This document shows, piece by piece, positions 26,051-28,649 of a stretch of 28,649 bases of DNA (position 1 is the first letter of the stretch; every line of letters begins with the position of its first letter). The notes beneath the pieces were generated by a model. The model made no database searches and was not told where the DNA came from. It was given only the letters and a program-made list of their open reading frames with translations. A program made the translations under genes and the position numbers. The stretch is taken from the IMG/VR virus record IMGVR_UViG_3300032255_000018, positions 1 to 28,649 of that record. One strand, written 5' to 3'. The stretch comes from a virus. Taxonomy: Duplodnaviria; Caudoviricetes.

Positions 26051-27261
26051 TTAACTTCTACCAGCTAACTCCAAGAAATCACGGATGCCATCTGCATAGC
26101 CCGACTTAATATGTTCCTTCGGTGTCGGTACTAATGGAAGAGAAAAAAGATGACCACAGCCACAGCCACTGAGTAGCTTAACTATCTCTGGATCATCTTT
26201 CATATCAGTATGTAAAAAAGTTTCAATTTTGTCTAATTCAAGGTGTTCCTTATCAGGTCTCTCTAGCCGTAACTTTTCTCGAATCAAGGCGCCCTCAGGT
26301 GTACCGTCCATTGTAAGGAAAAGAAATGTGGTAATCAAAACACAATCGTCGATTACGATTGCCGTAAGATATCCCAATTTGCAACTTAACCAGCGATATT
26401 CAATCAGAAATTCATCTCCATTCTTTTTTACTATTTTCGGATTGAGTAGCGAAAGCATCAAGTCATCGTGAGCGAACCAATCTTCATTCTCGGTTTTCGG
26501 TACCCGATTGAATAATTGATCGAGTGCATGAGATTGAATAAAAACAGGATATTGTTTTCCAGGGTATTTCTCTATTTCACTCCCATTCCATTCAATCCAT
26601 TTAATTCCAGTGAATTGATTAGGACGTCCACACTTAAACGCTTTTCGCGTCTTCCCATTAGATGCAAAGGTTCTTACATTCGCCTTCTCTGCGTGAATTG
26701 TTATTTCTTCAAACCATTTATCGTCACTATTTTTGCCATGTTTACGCTCAAAAAAGTACAATTGAGAGTTAACTCGTCCAAATAGAATTAACTTACTTGC
26801 GACATCGCAGTAAAGTGACAGAAGTGCTGATGCAGCCATCTCTCCGTCATCAAGCTCAGCTAAGTTTTCTTTTTTAAGTTCAAATTCTTTGTTTTCATTT
26901 GCGTTGTTGAATGTTATTCCCGCCTCGACAAGATCAAGAATTGGTTTTACCTTGGAGAAATAATCAATGACTGAAAAAGAGGAGCCAAGCAGTGGAGCAT
27001 CAAATGTGGAATCCTTGATCGCCTCGCTGGTTAATCGTATGACTTTTTTTGACCTTTCATTGTCAGGTATGTTGCCCGGAATAATCTTGGGCTTAGGATA
27101 GCGGTTGTTGAGGAACCGATTTTTAAAACTTTTATTCTTGACCAAGTCCCATAGATCAAGTTTTTTAGAATTCTTAGAGCCGATTTTTGCTTTTCATTCT
27201 GTTTCTGTTCATTCCTTTCTCTCCTGACGGTTCGCCTTGCTTCTTTTTTCTTTTTTGACAT
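26051..27261 (-). CDS. AT-rich hypothetical protein split by a frameshift (27261 start ORF plus 364-aa ORF)
   Basis: ATG-initiated MSKKKKE... frame joins the long frame by -1 shift at A_AAA_AAC (27166-27160); long ORF alone has only a TTG start. Confidence 0.6.
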
Positions 27262-27328
27262 ATGATTTGTTTCTATTTGTGTTATTCAAAGAATGACTGG
27301 CAACCGGGTACCACAGAGAATCCCGTAT

Positions 27329-27428
27329 AGGGTTGTCTGTGTTGCGGAGCAACCCGAGGAATTTATTATCAGGCAATGCTTACTTTGATTCTCAATCTTT
27401 CATTCAATGCCTCGGGTGCCTGACGGCA
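27329..27428. repeat. ~100-bp intergenic repeat, copy 2
   Basis: Direct repeat of 25874-25974. Confidence 0.9.
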
Positions 27429-27464
27429 ACCGGGAGCGACACAAAACCCCAAAAACCGATGAAA

Positions 27465-27516
27465 GGAAGCAGGAGCTTCCCACCCTTGCGTTCCCAAGCT
27501 GGAGCTTGGGAACGAG
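27465..27516. repeat. REP-like palindrome pair
   Basis: GGAAGC-AGGA-GCTTCC (27465-27480) and CGTTCCCAAGCT-GG-AGCTTGGGAACG (27489-27514); 14-bp half copy at 26030-26043. Confidence 0.8.
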
Positions 27517-27542
27517 GTTAGTGTGAATATGAGTTTAACTCT

Positions 27543-28649
27543 TTATTCTTCCATTTCCAATGCCTTATCGGTACTGACCGGATCGACTTCTCGGCAGGCT
27601 TTGGAGATGGTTTCGGACCAGAACATGACACGCTCTTGCCATTCTTGTTGGTCGATACCTTCGGGTGTCATTGGCAGGAATTCCTGCAAGAGTAGAACGA
27701 ATCGCAGCAGGTGTCGGAAGATGATGCCCTCTTGTTTTGTCAGGTCTCTGCCGGAAACGTATTTGTTGAAATCGCCGTTGAATTTGAGGAGGTCGCCGAC
27801 GATCCAGACTGGGGTGATGCGTAAACCGTGAACGCTGGGGAAGTCGGATTGGAAAAGTAATTTCATTTTGTCGCCAACCGTGGGCGGGTATTCGTCGTAG
27901 CGGAGTTCGTGGGGGTCTTCGGGCATTTCGCCGGAAAGAACGTGAGCGGGAACCAAGCCGCGTTCGATCAATTCGGGATCGAGAACCGCGCGGGCTAACT
28001 CTCCCGATTTCATTAACTCGTAAGGAACTCTGACATCTCGCACGACCGAGCCGGGAACTTCGAGGACGGATTCGATAATTTGTATCTGTTCAATTTCATC
28101 GGCTTGGCCCAAATGCTTCAAAAGAAAAGAGGCATAAAGTGGATTGATGCCGCGGAATTGCAGCAGTTGATTGAGCTTATCGGTCGGTTCTGCTTTTGCT
28201 GGTTTGTAATCCCTGAGGGCAGTATCTGATGCCGCGTTGATTTTATCAGAATTATCCGATTTTTGTTTCGATTCTTTTTCATCATTTTGTCCGAGTGCTT
28301 CCTGCAAAATGGCTCCGAACATTCCGGTTGCTTCGGGCTGTTTGGGTTGATCGGCTTCTTTGACGATGACCGATTCTTTCTCCACTTTCTTTTCGACGGG
28401 CGGTGGTGGGGTGAGCGCAATAAAACCGCCTGCCCATAATGTACGCAGCATTTGATAAAGTTGCTTCTCTGCATTCTCTTTCAGCTTGCCTTGCAGCATT
28501 CTTCTGGCAATAAATTTCCGTAATTGCATCACATCACTGGAACTATTGAGTAACCACGCCAGCATTCTCCAGGGGAGGTGTCCTTTGCTTGATAGATTTG
28601 CAGAAGGGGCGTTGCGGAGTTTTTCGAATTGCTCTCCGTTCCAATACTG
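27543..28649 (-). CDS. C-terminal part of DUF3516-containing DEAD/DEAH-box helicase (5' end outside window)
   Basis: Frame open to window end; [13 protein letters not shown]...[20 protein letters not shown] motifs recalled from DUF3516 proteins. Confidence 0.7.
   Translation of the reverse strand, partial: QYWNGEQFEKLRNAPSANLSSKGHLPWRMLAWLLNSSSDVMQLRKFIARRMLQGKLKENAEKQLYQMLRTLWAGGFIALTPPPPVEKKVEKESVIVKEADQPKQPEATGMFGAILQEALGQNDEKESKQKSDNSDKINAASDTALRDYKPAKAEPTDKLNQLLQFRGINPLYASFLLKHLGQADEIEQIQIIESVLEVPGSVVRDVRVPYELMKSGELARAVLDPELIERGLVPAHVLSGEMPEDPHELRYDEYPPTVGDKMKLLFQSDFPSVHGLRITPVWIVGDLLKFNGDFNKYVSGRDLTKQEGIIFRHLLRFVLLLQEFLPMTPEGIDQQEWQERVMFWSETISKACREVDPVSTDKALEMEE

Noticed and set aside
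25874-27516. CRISPR array or integron attC array
   Set aside because: Only two long copies, no regular spacers, no cas or intI gene, and no clear RYYYAAC/GTTRRRY ends

Overview
Most of the window (1 to ~25147) is the right-hand, late-gene part of a temperate long-tailed (siphovirus-like) prophage on the + strand. In order it carries a glycosyltransferase-like gene and an HD phosphohydrolase, a HicA-like toxin/partner pair with a palindromic operator, and two reverse-strand HTH genes. Next is an atypical pre-terminase block (permuted papain amidase, collagen/TM protein, thermonuclease, small TM protein), followed by a lambda GpA-type terminase, portal, protease with nested scaffold and an epsilon15-like major capsid. 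After that come head-tail and tail genes with a G/GT -1 frameshift, the tape measure, an unfamiliar repeat-rich tail-tip module and a terminal DNA methyltransferase. The prophage ends at a 3' half of tRNA-Phe(GAA), the att duplication. Beyond it are host-side genes, including an AT-rich split ORF bracketed by ~100-bp direct repeats and REP-like palindromes, and the 3' part of a DUF3516-type helicase. A Planctomycetota host is suggested by gene and repeat types recalled from memory; this was not verified. No CRISPR, reverse transcriptase, integrase or transposase is visible. The best candidates for undescribed biology are the non-canonical lysis/packaging block without an evident small terminase, the modular tail-tip protein, the hairpin-led terminal MTase and the repeat-flanked cassette. 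All family assignments come from motif recognition by eye, without database searches.
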